A stretch of 64,000 nucleotides of DNA from assembly GCA_964016885.1 (NCBI GenBank), contig OZ024741.1, forward strand, positions 222,022,001 through 222,086,000, written 5' to 3'. A model generated the notes under the pieces. It searched no databases, was not told the DNA's origin, and saw only the letters and a program-made list of their open reading frames with translations. Below, piece by piece: positions 24,627 through 37,865 of the stretch (position 1 is its first letter; every line of letters begins with the position of its first letter). Made by a program: the position numbers and the translations under genes. Origin of the DNA: Eledone cirrhosa (lineage: Eukaryota).

Positions 24627-25697
24627 GTAATCGAAGTTAAATTCTTAACTATATTTTCTTACTTTGATTGTGAATTAGTAGAGTTATTAGGCCATCTGAT
24701 TAAATGTCTCAGTATTCATTATGGCTCACTGCCCTCTAGTTCAAATCCTGCTGATGTTAACACTGCCTTTCATCCTTTTGGGGTTTTTAAATAAGGTACC
24801 AGTCTTGGCACGAGGTGGATTAGCTGGTCCATTCTGATTTCAAATCCTATTTCCTTCTGCCAGAAGTTGCAACAGGCAGATCGTATCAGCAATGGAAACA
24901 TTGTTTCCTTGATCTTATCTGATGAATGGCTCCTTTCCTTTAAAAATACAGTACGTTAGGCTGGTAGATAGTATCAGCAATGGAAAGACCAGTCCAGTCT
25001 AATGATCAGCTCCTTTCCTTTGATCTAAGCTAATATCTCTTATGGTACTAAACAATCTATTACTGTATTTCTCTGCCTATTATACAGCTGTTGTTTCTAA
25101 AGCTAAATAAACAGTTTTGTATTATTTGGTATTAGAAGGGTTAGAATTACATTACCATGAAATGTTATACATCAGGATACTATTTTGAATTGACAGAATA
25201 TTTTCAGTGAATATAAAATATTATTTGAGGAATTAACTTTTGATTTAACCCTTTTGACACCAAACCACCAAAGACTGCTCCTGGTTCTATGATACAAAAC
25301 TGTTTATTTTAAGGTGTTTATATTTATCTAAAAACTTCCCATCATAATTTTATGGAAGAACCTTTATGCTTCAAACAATAACTTAAAATGAAAATAAAAT
25401 CAATTTTATTAAATCCTTCCAAATTCTTGATTATTTTCAAAAATATGGTAACAAAATGGTTAAAGCATTTATATTTATCTAAAAAGCTTCCATAATATGT
25501 AAGAACCTTTGTTATGGTCCAAATACCAGTTTAAAAAGGAAAAAAAATATTTAAATCTCTCTAGAATTTTGATTATTTGAAAAACAAAGTCAGTGTCTGT
25601 TATTAGAAATATGGTCATGAAAGGGTTAAAATATAAATAAAGTTATTAATATCGTGAGGAAACATAGATTGCTAATCTGTCTTTATTGTTGTTTTAG

Positions 25698-25833
25698 GCT
25701 GATTTTGAAATCACTGGTGATACAGTCAACGGTAAACATCACAGAGGACCAACAAAATCTCGTCTATCTAATAGATATCTTTTTACATCGTACCAGATAC
25801 ATTTTACTGGAGAAACTAGTGAACTACCATTAG
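25698..25833 (+). CDS. BRCA1: BRCA1 BRCT linker/BRCT2 start (DFEITGDTVNGKHHRGPTKSR)
   Basis: ttttag| phase 0, |gtcagt phase 1; matches human [21 protein letters not shown], which favours BRCA1 over BARD1. Confidence 0.95.
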
Positions 25834-26124
25834 GTCAGTAGCTTTATCTATTCCTATATTTTTACCTTGGTTTGATGTTGTAGTTCTAATTCCAGACATG
25901 GCCGTGTGGTTAAGAAGTTCATTTCACAACCACATACATATACATCATTATTTTCATTTAATGTCTATTTTCCCTGCTACATATATAACGTAGATTACAT
26001 ACATTTATACATTATATATATATATAGTCTGTGTTGAATGTGTGTGTATGTATGTATATGTGTATGTATTTATATGTATGTGGATATATCACACACGCGA
26101 AGCGAACAAATTTCAAAATTTTAA

Positions 26125-26395
26125 CCCAACAACAACAACGGCAGCAGCAGCAACAACTGCCACCACCATCACTGACACCATCCACCATCACTGGCACCAT
26201 CACTGACACTATCCACCACCATCACTGACACTATCCACCACCATCACTGACACCATCCACCACCTTCACCACCACCATCACTGGCGCCATCACTGACACT
26301 ATCCACCACCATCACTGACACTATCCACCACCATCACTGACATTATCCACCACCATCACTGACATCATCCACCACCACCACTATCACCATCACCA
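26125..26395. repeat. CAA/CAG/CAC microsatellite grading into 24-bp caccaccatcactgacactatcca repeats
   Basis: Visible tandem units; adjacent ~38-bp TG-rich repeats at 26630-26770. Confidence 0.85.
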
Positions 26396-26989
26396 GCAAT
26401 CAGGCCTTAAAAACAACTATAATACTAAATAACTACTCTGTTCTTGGCACGGGGCAGCGATTGTCCCAGCGCATTGCTGGTCCCTTGTTTTCGGGCCCAG
26501 AGAGTGGAGAGCCGTTGCTCTTTGCTGTAAAGCATACAATTATTATTATTATATAAAAACTGAACTGGAAAAGTCAACAGTTGACATGATTTTGATTTTG
26601 TATCAGTACTGACGGTAATATATATATGTATGTGTGTGAGTGGCGTGTGTGTGTTTGTATGCATGAATGTTGGTGTGTGAGTGGCGTGTGTGTGTTTGTA
26701 TGCATGAATGTTGGTGTGTGAGTGGTGTGTGTGTTTGTATGCATGAGTGTTGGTGTGTGAGTGTGTATGTGTGTGCCGTGAGTGTCAATAAGTGGTGTTT
26801 TTTTTGTTTTGTTTTTTATGACCATGCTGTAAAATGGAGGGGTAGAGAGGGCCCATGAGTCCAGTAAGACATCCTCTCTAGTGCTGGTGGCACAAATAAA
26901 AGCACCCAGTCCATGCTGTAAAGTGGTGCTGGTGTTAGGAAGGGCATCCAACCAATGTATCAATGCCAAAACGATTATAAACAACAAGT

Positions 26990-28181
26990 ATATAGGAACA
27001 ACAAAAATATGAAGAGGTCGCATTTCAGAGTTGCAACACTTAATGTTGGCACTCTCACAGGTAGATCTGCTGAAATACCGGAGATGCTGGAGAGAAGGCA
27101 TGTGGATGTGTGCTGCATGCAAGAGGTGAGATGGAGAGGTGCCTCTGCGAGACTAGTCGCAGGAAAACATCTTAGCTATAAGCTTTTCTGAGTAGGTAAG
27201 GATGATGGGTTAGGGGGATTAGGCATTTTCCTGGCTGAGAGATGGATCAATAAGACAATAGAAGTAGTTTGAGTTAGTAATCAAATAATTAAGCTTAGAT
27301 TAGTTGTAGGCAGGAGACTACTGACAATCATCTCTGCCTATGCTCCTCAAGCAGGCCTAGGCAAAGAAGAGAAAGACTGCTTTTACGAGCAACTCTTACA
27401 AACAACCGCAATGACAGAGGACGGAGACATCGTTATGCTAGCAGGGGACTTCAATGGTCATGTTGGACAGCTCCAGGATGGTTACACTGGGGTACATGGT
27501 GGGCACGGTTACGGCTCAAGAAATGAAGAAGGAGTGAGACTTCTTGAATTTTGTGATGCAAGTACACTGACTATTTGCAACACTAACTTCCAGAAACCTG
27601 CCAACCACCTAATAACCTACAAATCAGGCGAGCACATAAGCCAGATTGACTTCTTATTAGTTAGGCAGCAGGACAGGCAGATGGTGTCAAATACCAAGGC
27701 ATACCCTGGGGAAGAATGTACCCCACAGCATAGGTTAGTCGTTAGTGATATCTCAGTAAGCAAGAGATGTAATGAGACATACAGGAAGGTGTGGAGAAGA
27801 AAGGTCTGGAAGCTAAAAGACCTTTCACTAATATACAAATTTAGGAAAGCACGTCAAGATGTGTATGGCAAACAAGAAGATGATTTAGAGACGTATGACA
27901 TAGATAATAACTGGAATTTCTTACGTGACCACTTACTGCAGGCTACTGATGAAACTTGTGGCTGGAGCAGAGCTCCTACCAGACAGAGTGACCTGTCACG
28001 AATGATCAGAAAAAGGAAGCCTGAAATGTCATTATGAGAGACTGATGAATGTGGAGAACGAATGGGAGAGAGAGAAATTACCCTCAGTAGATCCGACAGA
28101 GGGACCAGCTATTGAGATTGACGAATATAGGGTCCAAGAGGCGATTAAGGAAATGAAAAATGGTAAGGCTGCTGGACCGTC
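26990..28181 (+). mobile_element. RTE LINE 5' half (APE), decayed
   Basis: RVATLNVG, QEVRW, GDFNGHVG, QIDF, QHRLVV; ends at MKNGKAAGPS. Confidence 0.92.
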
Positions 28182-31100
28182 ACAAAGGGATGCAACTCTT
28201 ATTTTAGTTCTGATGTCCCCTGCAAGGGGGTGGGGGCGCTACAGTACCCTCCTCCAGACGATAGGCGAAAAGCCTGAAGGTAACTGTAGCGAATCTACAA
28301 GCATGGGATCGAAGCACAGTCATGAAAGAGTAACAAAAATTCAAAAAGTACATGCATACATAGTTCAATGAAAAATCAAATAAAAAGGCTCCAGTGGCCA
28401 GTTCATATAAAAGAAAGTTTGGCAGAATTTTTTGGGCCAGTGGACTCTTCGACCGGAACGGGTTGTGGTCTTCTATGTAGGTGAAGGTGGGGCAGAAGGA
28501 GCAGGTGTGTGAGCATCTGTGTGGGCCCTCTTAAATCTATCGATAGAAACCGTCTCTCTGGAACCCCCAATGTCTACTGTGAAATGTTTATCAGTTTGGG
28601 CTAATACACGGTAGGGTCCAGAGTACCCAAAGTCCACCTTTATTGACGACCGGATCCCCAACAACACAATAGGGAGGTACTCGCTCCAACGCGTAGAGTC
28701 AGAAGAAGTCAGTAGAGCGGCTTTTAGTTGTCGGTGGAAACGCTCCACCATTCCGTTAGATGCAGGATGATACGAAGTTGTTCGGATGCGTTTAGCACCC
28801 ATGATCTTCGTTAATTCATGGAAGAGATTCGATTCAAACTGCCTTCCATGGTCCGTTGTAATCGTGGTTGGCACTCCAAAGCGGGCAATCCAACCTGATA
28901 CTAGGGCACGCGCTGTCGTTTCAGCAGTGATGTCTTTCAAGAGGATGGCTTCAGGCCCTCGCGAAAAACGATCAATAACAGTCAATAGAGAAGTATGACC
29001 ACCACTGACTGGCCAAGGTCCCATGATGTCCACATGAATGTGCTGGCGGAAACGGGCGTTTGGTGTACTGAAAGTACCGAGCGGAGCCTTAATGGATTTT
29101 CGATTTCTGGCAAGCGATGCAGGAACGGCACCAAGCAGTAATATCGCGCCTCATATTTGGCCAGAAGAATCTGGCTGTTATGAGCTTTACTGTGGCAGAA
29201 GATCCTGGGTGGGAAATGCTGTGTAAAGCAAGAAACACAGTACGACGATGGTTTAGCAGGACGAATTGTCTCGGTGAATCTAAGGAAACGTCGCAGAGAA
29301 TCTGTCCATCTGAGTGGGCAATGGCAGGTATTTCAAATTACTTGTCGCAAATTCGGCTGATGTAATATCCAACGATTCCAGTGCAGGTTGGTCTGCTGCC
29401 AAGTGATTTAAATCGATGTCGTGGGATGACGCAATCGAATTGATCGGTAATCGAGACAGGGCGTCAGCCGCTGTGTTCAATGAGCCTGGAATGTGTTGGA
29501 TGTTTATGAATTGCGAGATAAAGTCGAGATGCCTTGTTTCTCTGGGCGAGTACTTGTCGGACTTTGCCCTTAAAGCGAAGGTCAAAGGTTTATGGTCAGT
29601 ACAGATTGTAAAATACCTTCCTTCAAGCATATGTGAAAAATGTTTCACGGAAAGGTAGATGGCTAACAGCTCCCGGCCAAAGGTGCTGTAGCGAGTTTCT
29701 GCAGGCTTCAACTTCCTGGAGAAAAATTCCAATGGTTGTTGGTGATCGTCACTACTCTGTTGTAAGACTGCACCTACTGCAGTATCCGACGCATCAACAC
29801 AAAGCGAAAGCTTGGCATTGGACACTGGGTGGGCCAGCAAAGATGCACTAGCCAATGCTGATTTGGCTTTTTGAAAATCCTCGAGCTGAGTCTGACTCAA
29901 AGAGATTTCCTTGTTCTTCTTGCGGCAATTTTTCAGAATCTCAGTAAGAGAGAAGAGTAGATTAGCACAATGAGGAACAAAACAACTATAGAAACTTATC
30001 TGTCCTAGGAATTGTCGCAAATCCTCTATAGCCTGAACTCGTTGAGGGAGGGGTCGGATACCCTCGGAGTCAATGATATGACCTAAAAAATTCAGTGATT
30101 CCGCACCGAAAACACATTTTGTGGGATTTATTTGAACACTGTAATCCTTGAGTCGACAAAACAAAAGATTCAAATGACGTATGTGTTCTTCTCTGGAGGA
30201 ACTAGCAATAAGCAGATCATCAATATAAGTGTAGACGAAGTCTAAACCAAGAGTGACCTCATCCATGAACCGTTGAAAGGTGCTAGCAACATTCCTAAGT
30301 CTGAAAGGCATGGTAAGAAATTTGAATGATCCAAATGGAGTCGTAATGGCCATTTTCGGAATATCTTCTTTCTTGACAGGAATCTGATGATAGGCTCGCA
30401 CCAAATCGAGCTTTGAGAAAACTTTACATCCCTGCAACGACGATGCAAAATCTTGCAGGTGTGGAATAGGATATCTATCCGGGACAGTTATAGCATTTAA
30501 CTTCCTATAATCCCCAGTGGGTCTCCAGTCGCCAGAAGTCTTGGGTACCATGTGTAACGGAGAAGCCCAAGGGCTCGTAGACGGGCGAATTATGCCTAGC
30601 TGTAGCATATGATCGGAATTCGGACCGTGCTGCCTTCAATTTGTCCGCAGGCAAGGACGAGAAAACATTGGAGTACCAGTAGTAACATTGGAGTACATGT
30701 ACGGTTGAGTGAGTCGGTTCGACAACTCGAAAATTTCCCTGAGTAAGCTGTGGGAAATAATTCAACAATGCATGATAGGCATTCCCAGCATTAGCGATGA
30801 AGAAAGTCGGGCTAACCGTTGGAAAATTAACTTTCTGGCCACGAAGAGAAAAACCACTAATGCCGTCTATTAGGCGTCGGCCACGGACATCCACCGTCAA
30901 TGCAAAATGGAGTAGAAAATCCGCTCCCGTAAAAACCCATTTGAATTCTCGTCGAAGATTTCTGAATTGCAGAGGAAGCGAGATTTGTCCCAAAGTTCGT
31001 ATCGACGAATGATTGACAGCTTGTAGATTTATTGATGACTCAGGAGGAGTTTCTTTAACACAGTTCACCGGCCAAATGCTGCAGGAGGCTCCCGTATCTT

Positions 31101-31745
31101 CGAGGAAAGATCTTCCGGACAGGAGGCCCTCAATAAAGAAGTGGCGGTTTGGGTGTGTAGCACAGAGATCAGTCGCCGCCTTCAGTGACTCTGGTCTGCG
31201 TTTCCCGAAGTTGAATAGTTACACGGTGGTCGGCAGTGTTTTGCTTTATCAGCGAAGGTGGCATGATACCAGCAAAAAGACGAATTGCTGGCGGGCAAGC
31301 TGGCGTTACGGCGTGAAATCGCGAAGAAACGTGAACGACTTCTTGGCCGCCTGGGAGATGGCCTACTCTCCCTACATTGTTTCGCGACTTGACGCGTCAA
31401 TGCGTCAAATGCCTTCAACATGGCATCCTCGTGTGTCGAGACGGGCTGGCTCAGAAAGGTCGAAGAAGCAACAAGCGAGTCCGACGAGGTAGTTTTCCTA
31501 GAGAATTCCACAATTCGATCGGCGGATGCAGCGATCTGCTCCACCGAGCTCGAGTCCACTATGTTAACCAATATAATCTGGACATTGTTTGGCAAGCGAG
31601 AGAAAAATAGCTTTTTGATAAATGGACTATCCTCATTGGGCGATTCTCTGAGGTCCCAAATGTGACGTAAAAATTCGGACGGCGACCTGTCACCTAAACA
31701 CTTGTCCTCCAATAATGCACGAAACCTGCTTTCAGCAGAACGGCA
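28182..31745 (-). mobile_element. Ty3/Gypsy LTR retrotransposon remnant (gag-PR-RT-RH-IN, 62 bp of 3' LTR)
   Basis: Gag CWYH..F...A..C..PC; protease DTGA; [21 protein letters not shown]; RNase H DAS, RELLA, TDHKPL, ADALSR; integrase D..GP, TD.GRQF, NGMVER; polypurine tract ggaggaggg then TGTAGCG at 28243. Confidence 0.95.
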
Positions 31746-33042
31746 GTTTCTCTCTCTCTCTCTCTCTTCGTTTAACGTCCATTTTCCCCGCTAGCATGGG
31801 TTAGACGGGAGTTGTCCCACTTGAGGCAAGGCTGGTCGGGTGACCGTGTCTCGCTCATATAGGACTATCTGGCAGGTTTTCTACGGCTGGATGCCCTTCC
31901 TAACACCAACCACATTTACAGTGTGGAACTGGGAACTTTTTACCGTGTTACCTACACGGCCACATTACAGCGTGGACTGTGTGTGTTTTTTTGTCGTGAT
32001 ACCTACACGATCTCGATCTCATTTTCTCGTGCTGTTGGTGGGAGTGGGAGGATAGGGTAGGGGTAGTAGATTTGGGTGTATATTTGGTTAAGAGGTGCCT
32101 ACTGACTAGGTTTCGCTTTGTACTTAGGCAAGGCGGATCTTCTGTATTACTGCGTAGCGCCAAAAATCTCGGTCTAGTGACATTGTCTTAGAGAGATGTG
32201 TGTGAGGTTGGATTTTATCAGATCATCCCAGGTTTTTCTGGGTCTGCCTACTCCGTAACTACCATCAATTTTGATCGCCCTGCACTTTTTTATGCAGCTG
32301 TCGTCTTTCATGCGCATCACGTGACCATACCAACGTAGTCTTCTCTCAAGTAAACAGCATATGATCCCTCTTATTCCTAATTTCTCACTTAGTTCATTTA
32401 TGCTTTGCCGTTCACGTATATTACTACTACACATCCAACAGAGCATGCATGCTTCGTTCCTTTCCAGTCTACACAGGTCCTCTGCACGTAATGCCCATGT
32501 CTCACTGCCACGTAGCATTGTTGTTCGTATACAGGTATCATACAATCTGCCTTTCATTTTTAGAGAGAAACCTTTTGTGGCCAACAGCGGTATAAGCTCT
32601 CTGAACTTTTTCCATCCTGTTCTGACTCTGGCTACTGTACTTTCAGAACACCCTCCACCACTGCTGATTTCGTCACCCAGGTAACGGAAAGTGTCTACTA
32701 TTTCTATAGAACCATCTGGGCAATGGAAGGAGCTAGTATCCTTTGGACACTTGCTACTTATTGCACCTGAGCATTGGCCACATATAAATTCTTTGTTCTT
32801 AGATAGCTTACCTGTGATCCCACTACATCTTTTATGTACCCATAGTTTGCATTTGGGACATAGAATGGAATTTCTACCTACTCCTTTCTTTCACACTGAG
32901 CATGACCTATTCTCCTTTCTACATACTAGAACCTTAGTCTTAGACAAGTTGACTCTAAGGCCTTTTGATTCAAGGCCATGCTTCCATGTTTGGAACTTCC
33001 TCTCTACTCCTTTCTTTCACACTGAGCATGGCTATTTCCCTG
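31746..33042 (-). mobile_element. 5'-truncated RTE LINE, same subfamily as 5048-8712
   Basis: MLRGSETW, RRLRWYGHV, DGSYGVGRPRKTW; 3' UTR matches 8330-8700; (GA)n tail. Confidence 0.92.
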
Positions 33043-34760
33043 AGGGTGCAAGAGGCAATTAAGGAAATGAAGAATGGTAAGGCTGCTGGGCCGTCGGGGA
33101 TAGTTGCTGAGATACTGAAGGCATCAGGAGAAGTAGGCACTAAACTAGTTGCACGCATCATTAATCAAGCTATATATGGTGGTGTCATACCCAAAGACTG
33201 GTGCAACAATATTCTCATAAATTGTTACAAAGGTAAAGGGGATGCTCTAGAGAGGAGCAATTATAGGGGCGTAAAGCTGTTGGATCAGGTTATGAAAGTG
33301 GCAGAGAGAATATTAGCGCAATGGATTAGAGAAAGGGTCAAACTAGATGAGATGCAGTTTGGTTTTGTGCCTCGGAAAAGTACAACAGATGCCCTCTTCA
33401 TAGTGAGGCAACTATAAGAGAGGTTCTTACAGAAGAATAAGCCCCTATACTTAGCTTTTGTTGACCTAGAGAAGGCCTTTGATAGGGTACCCCGATCTGT
33501 CATCTGGTGGTCCCTAAGGAAACTAAGCTAGGGGTAGAGGAATGGCGTGTGAGGACAGTGCAAGTTATGTACAGGGGTGTTGTCAGTAAAGTGAGAATAG
33601 GAATGGAGATTAGTGAGGAATTCCAGATACAAGTAGGTGTACATCAAGGTTCTGTCCTCAGCCCACTCTTGTTCATTATAGTCCTCCAAGCCATAACAAG
33701 GAGTTTAAGACTGGCTGTCCATGGGAACTTCTTTATGCTGATGATCTAGTTCTTATAGCAGAATCAGTAAAGGAGCTAGAGAATAAATTCTGGCTATGGA
33801 AACAGCAGTTGGAAGCAAGAGGCCTGAGAGTAAACATAGCTAAAACAAAGGCGTTGATAAGTAGAAGAGAGGACAAAACTCTGATTCCATCAGGGAAATG
33901 GGCATGTTCGATATGTAGGAAAGGAACTTGCATAAATTCCATAAAATGTACACAATGCAGATCTTTGGTACACAAAAGATGTAGTGAGACAGTAGGCAAA
34001 CTAACAGGTAAGGAAAACTACGTATGCAGTAGATGTACAGGGAAAGTTGGCAGTAGTAATCGATGTGATAGACTCATTTTTCCAATGCAGGTGGATTCTA
34101 TAGAAGTGGTTGATAGCTTCCGGGACCTAGGTGATCAGATTAGCATGGGAGGGGGTGTTCCGAGGCCATAGTATCTAGAATAAGGACGGGTTGGAAGAAG
34201 TTTAGGGAGCTGCTCCCTCTGTTGACAAAGAAGGGTTTCTCCCTGCGTACAAAAGGACGGTTATATGATGCCTGTGTGAGATGCGCGATGCTGCATGGTA
34301 GTGAGACATGGGCAGCAACTGCAGAAGATATGCAACGGCTGGAGAGAAATGAAGCAAGTATGCTCCGTTGGATGTGCAATGTCGATGTGCGTGAACGACC
34401 AAGCATAGACGAGTTGAGAAAGAAACTGGGTATAAGAGGGATAAGTTGTGGTGTGCAGGAGAGAAGGCTGAGATGGTATGGACATGTGATGCGCATGGAG
34501 GATGACCGATGGGTGAAGAAGTGCCAGGAAATCCCAGTGGAGGGAAGACGCAGTAGAGGTAGACCACGAAAAACATGGGCGGAGGTGGTCAGAGCAGACC
34601 TCAGATCGATGGAACTCACCGAGGAGATGACGAAGGACCGTGACGGGTGGAGAGATCCTGTGCTGAATAGGACCCGTCCCACCCTTGCAAGCAGGGAAAA
34701 GTGGACTTAAAATGATGATATATATGCCAGCTTGGAAATATGGATGTAAAATGATGATGA
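33043..34760 (+). mobile_element. RTE LINE 3' half (RT + PHD finger + C-terminus)
   Basis: NYRGVKL, FVDLEKAFDRVP, GVHQGSVLSP, YADD, C4HC3 finger, GRPRKTW, (GAT)n tail. Confidence 0.93.
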
Positions 34761-35018
34761 TATGTATATATATAAAATTACAGCGCACACCTATGCAGGT
34801 TTAAGTGGCCTCATATAAGGTTGATCCCATGGAAGGTTACTTGGCTACTTTAATGATAGGAGCCCCAATCATATCATGAAATGAAGTATCTTGCTCAAGC
34901 ACATAATGTGACACCTGGTGATAACCATGAGATCATGACTCCAACATCCTAACTTAATCCTTGCTAGTTTAATAACATTCAGTTGAAGGTGTTTGTGACT
35001 AGAGCTGTTGTATAGTAA

Positions 35019-35820
35019 ACTAGCAGTAAAGCTCGGGGCTGCTCAGTAGCTGTGTTAAAGTTACAAAGTTAAGTTCCTTTCTTGGCTTGAAAACTGTAGA
35101 GTCTACAGTGTAGACTTTCATGTGGTACTTTTAATTAATATTCCCTCAACCAACAGTATGCCTTAATAAGTTAAGAAGACATAACCATAACCCGAATGTT
35201 AAAACAACAGAGGATGCTGGGGATAAAAACTGCACTGATAATCTATTAACAAAAATCGAAAATGTAAACACTGCAACACATGTCTCAGAGAAAAAACATC
35301 AGTGTAACCAAACTATCAGTTATTTTGAAACAAAGAAATTGGATGGACATGAAAAACAAAAAAAAATATGCGTTATCTGTCTGTCGTTTAAAATCATTGC
35401 TTCTAAATGAAAATCTCATAAGGCTTTATTCGAGATCAATGCTTTTTTTTTACAAAATATTTGCTTGTTTTACGGTGTATAGGCTTGTTTTCAAGTAAAA
35501 ATATTGTTTTAAAAGACTTTTTGATGGAAATGAAGCAAAATGGAAGCTTAATGTTGAAATTTCGAACTCATGAATTTTGCAGCTTAAAATTTTGCTGGCC
35601 CAAAAGTCGTTCATTTGAACTGAAAAATCAATATGTTACAAATTCGATTTTTGCACTTGCCGCGGGGCGATTTGAACATTTTTTTGACCAATGTTTCCAC
35701 CGGACCATCATTTATAAGTGTAGCAATTTGACCGAAATTTGAACGTACAGTTTAGGAGGAAATGTGTGCCAACCGTTTTAGTAGACACAGACAGACAACC
35801 TCAGTTTTATATATATAGAT
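35019..35820 (+). mobile_element. Helentron-associated (HINE/DINE-1-like) non-autonomous element
   Basis: 5' actagcag...; 3' acagacagaca...ttttatatatatagat, typical termini of this class; no coding capacity. Confidence 0.5.
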
Positions 35821-36987
35821 TCTTTAAAATAGCTGACAGTGTTGTACTAAAGATGAGTTACAGTTGCATGAATTCTGTTGATCAACTTCAGTTTTCTAAC
35901 TTATTTAATATGTCAATATTTCTATAACACTCAGCCCATTAACAGTTGTATATTATGGGAGTAGTATATATTGTGGTAAGGCAGTTAGAGCATTGGATAT
36001 TTATTCCGGGTCTCTGTGTTCTAAATTAATATCCCATTGAGGTCTACTTTGTTTCATATTTTCAAGGTTGATAAAGAACCAGTCCAGTGCTGGTGCAGCC
36101 TTCTCTTTGTCCTTTCAGCTGTCACATCCTGGATGTTCTGCTGAATCAAGGGACGAATAGCCAAGAGGGTGTTTGTGTATGCTTGTGACAGCATGGGCAC
36201 CTAAAACCCTTGATGAAAGCATAGTGCATACTATCAAGTTCTACTCGATTGTTAGTGTTGGGTGTATTTAGCTTTTTCAACTGATATAGTGTAACTGCAT
36301 GGCTTAGTGGTTAAGGTGTTTGGCTCATGATTGTAAGGTAGTCAGTTTGATTCCAGTAGTGCAGTGTGTCCTTAAACAAGACACTTTATTTCATGTTGCT
36401 TTAGTTAACTCAGCTGGCAAAAGTGAGTTGTACCTGTAGTTCAAAGGATCAGCTATATCATGCTGAATCTCCCTGAGAACTTTGTTAAGGGTACATATAT
36501 TTGTGGAATGCCCAGTCACATAAGCAGGTGTAGCCAGCCCTCTACAAGGTTGCATCTCATGGGAGGTTTTTTGGTTGTTTCAATGGTAGCAGTCCCAATG
36601 TTATGAAAAGCAATGTGAAATGAATTATCTTGCTCAAGATAATGTGTTGCTTGGTTAAGGAATCAAATCCTTGACCTTATCATGAGTTCAACACTCAAAT
36701 CACTAGGCCACGTGTGCTTACAGTATCAAGTTTGGTCCTTAATGTTTTTGTGCTTAAATTTTACTGGTTTCGTAAGAGGTCAGGGTGTTACTCATAAGGT
36801 TGTGGGTTTGGTTTCTAGACTGGGTGACACATTGTGTTCTTGAGTAAGATCCTTTATTTCATATTGCTCCAGTCCACTCAACTTTAGGACTATTAAAATA
36901 AGACTATGCTGTACTAAAGTTGAGCCAGTCGATAAAATATAACAGCCTTATAACAATTATAATTTTGTTTGAACACTTTAATTTCAG

Positions 36988-37119
36988 AGGTGTTAAGAAA
37001 TATGGTAAAAACACTTGATGGAAAAGTGGTAACTAAACCAGAACATTTTAATTTGAATTCCAAAAACACTTGTTTAATTATTTCTTCTGGAAACCAGGGA
37101 TCTCATAAATCAGCTCAAA
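36988..37119 (+). CDS. BRCA1: BRCA1 BRCT2 exon (EVLRNMVKTLDGKVV)
   Basis: atttcag| phase 1, |gtaagt phase 1; aligns to human DQLEWMVQLCGASVV. Confidence 0.9.
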
Positions 37120-37761
37120 GTAAGTGTCACTTATTCTTATTGTCTAACCCATGCAAGTGTGAAAATAATGTTCAATGGTGATGATGATATTATATTCTCC
37201 TTTCTGAAGATGTGTTGTCTCTGGCCATTAAAGTGATAAATGCTGCATTATCGTTTTGTCTTCTACATTGGCATAGCTCAGATGAGCTGTCAGGTTCTGA
37301 GACTAAATGGGTTGGGTCTGATAGACCTAATCTTGCTCATGGTTTCTGTGGCTGGATGCCCTTCCTAATACAAACCACTTTACAGTTTACTGGGTGTATT
37401 TTATCGTGGTGCCATTACCACTTTACAGATTGTACTGGGTGAATTTTATTGTGGCATTAGTACTAGTGTGTATTTTATCTTGGCAGATTGTATTGGGTAC
37501 CATGCAATAGGACTGAACCCAAATATGCACGATTGCAAAGGGAACTCACAACTATACTTGCCTCTATATTGATAAAATATTTTTTATAGTAGCTTCCCCT
37601 ACTGTACTGAATATACTTCAATTATTGCCATCTAACCTTGTGTATTCTATGTTTTGCAAGCTGGACAGACATAGACAACTTCCATTTATATGTTGTGATT
37701 CATTCCTCTCCATTCATCATCAAAACAGGGTTTTAATTATTTATTAATTTTATATTTTCAG

Positions 37762-37865
37762 GATTACCTAAAAAAAAAGGTGTGTTATTGTTATCAAGAG
37801 AGTGGCTTCTTGATTCAATAGCAATGTATGAAATACAGACATTGGAGAGTTACATTCTGTTGTGA
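37762..37865 (+). CDS. BRCA1: BRCA1 terminal coding exon (SREWLLDSIAMYEIQTLESYILL*)
   Basis: ttttcag| phase 1; matches human [21 protein letters not shown]; TGA at 37863-37865. Confidence 0.95.

Noticed and set aside
28182-31745. Active or domesticated Gypsy element
   Set aside because: Frameshifts, internal deletions, missing 5' LTR/PBS and a truncated 3' LTR.
15335-37865. Assignment to BARD1 or another tandem-BRCT gene
   Set aside because: No ankyrin repeats precede the BRCTs; the coiled coil, the GD.VNG..H.GP linker and intron positions match BRCA1.
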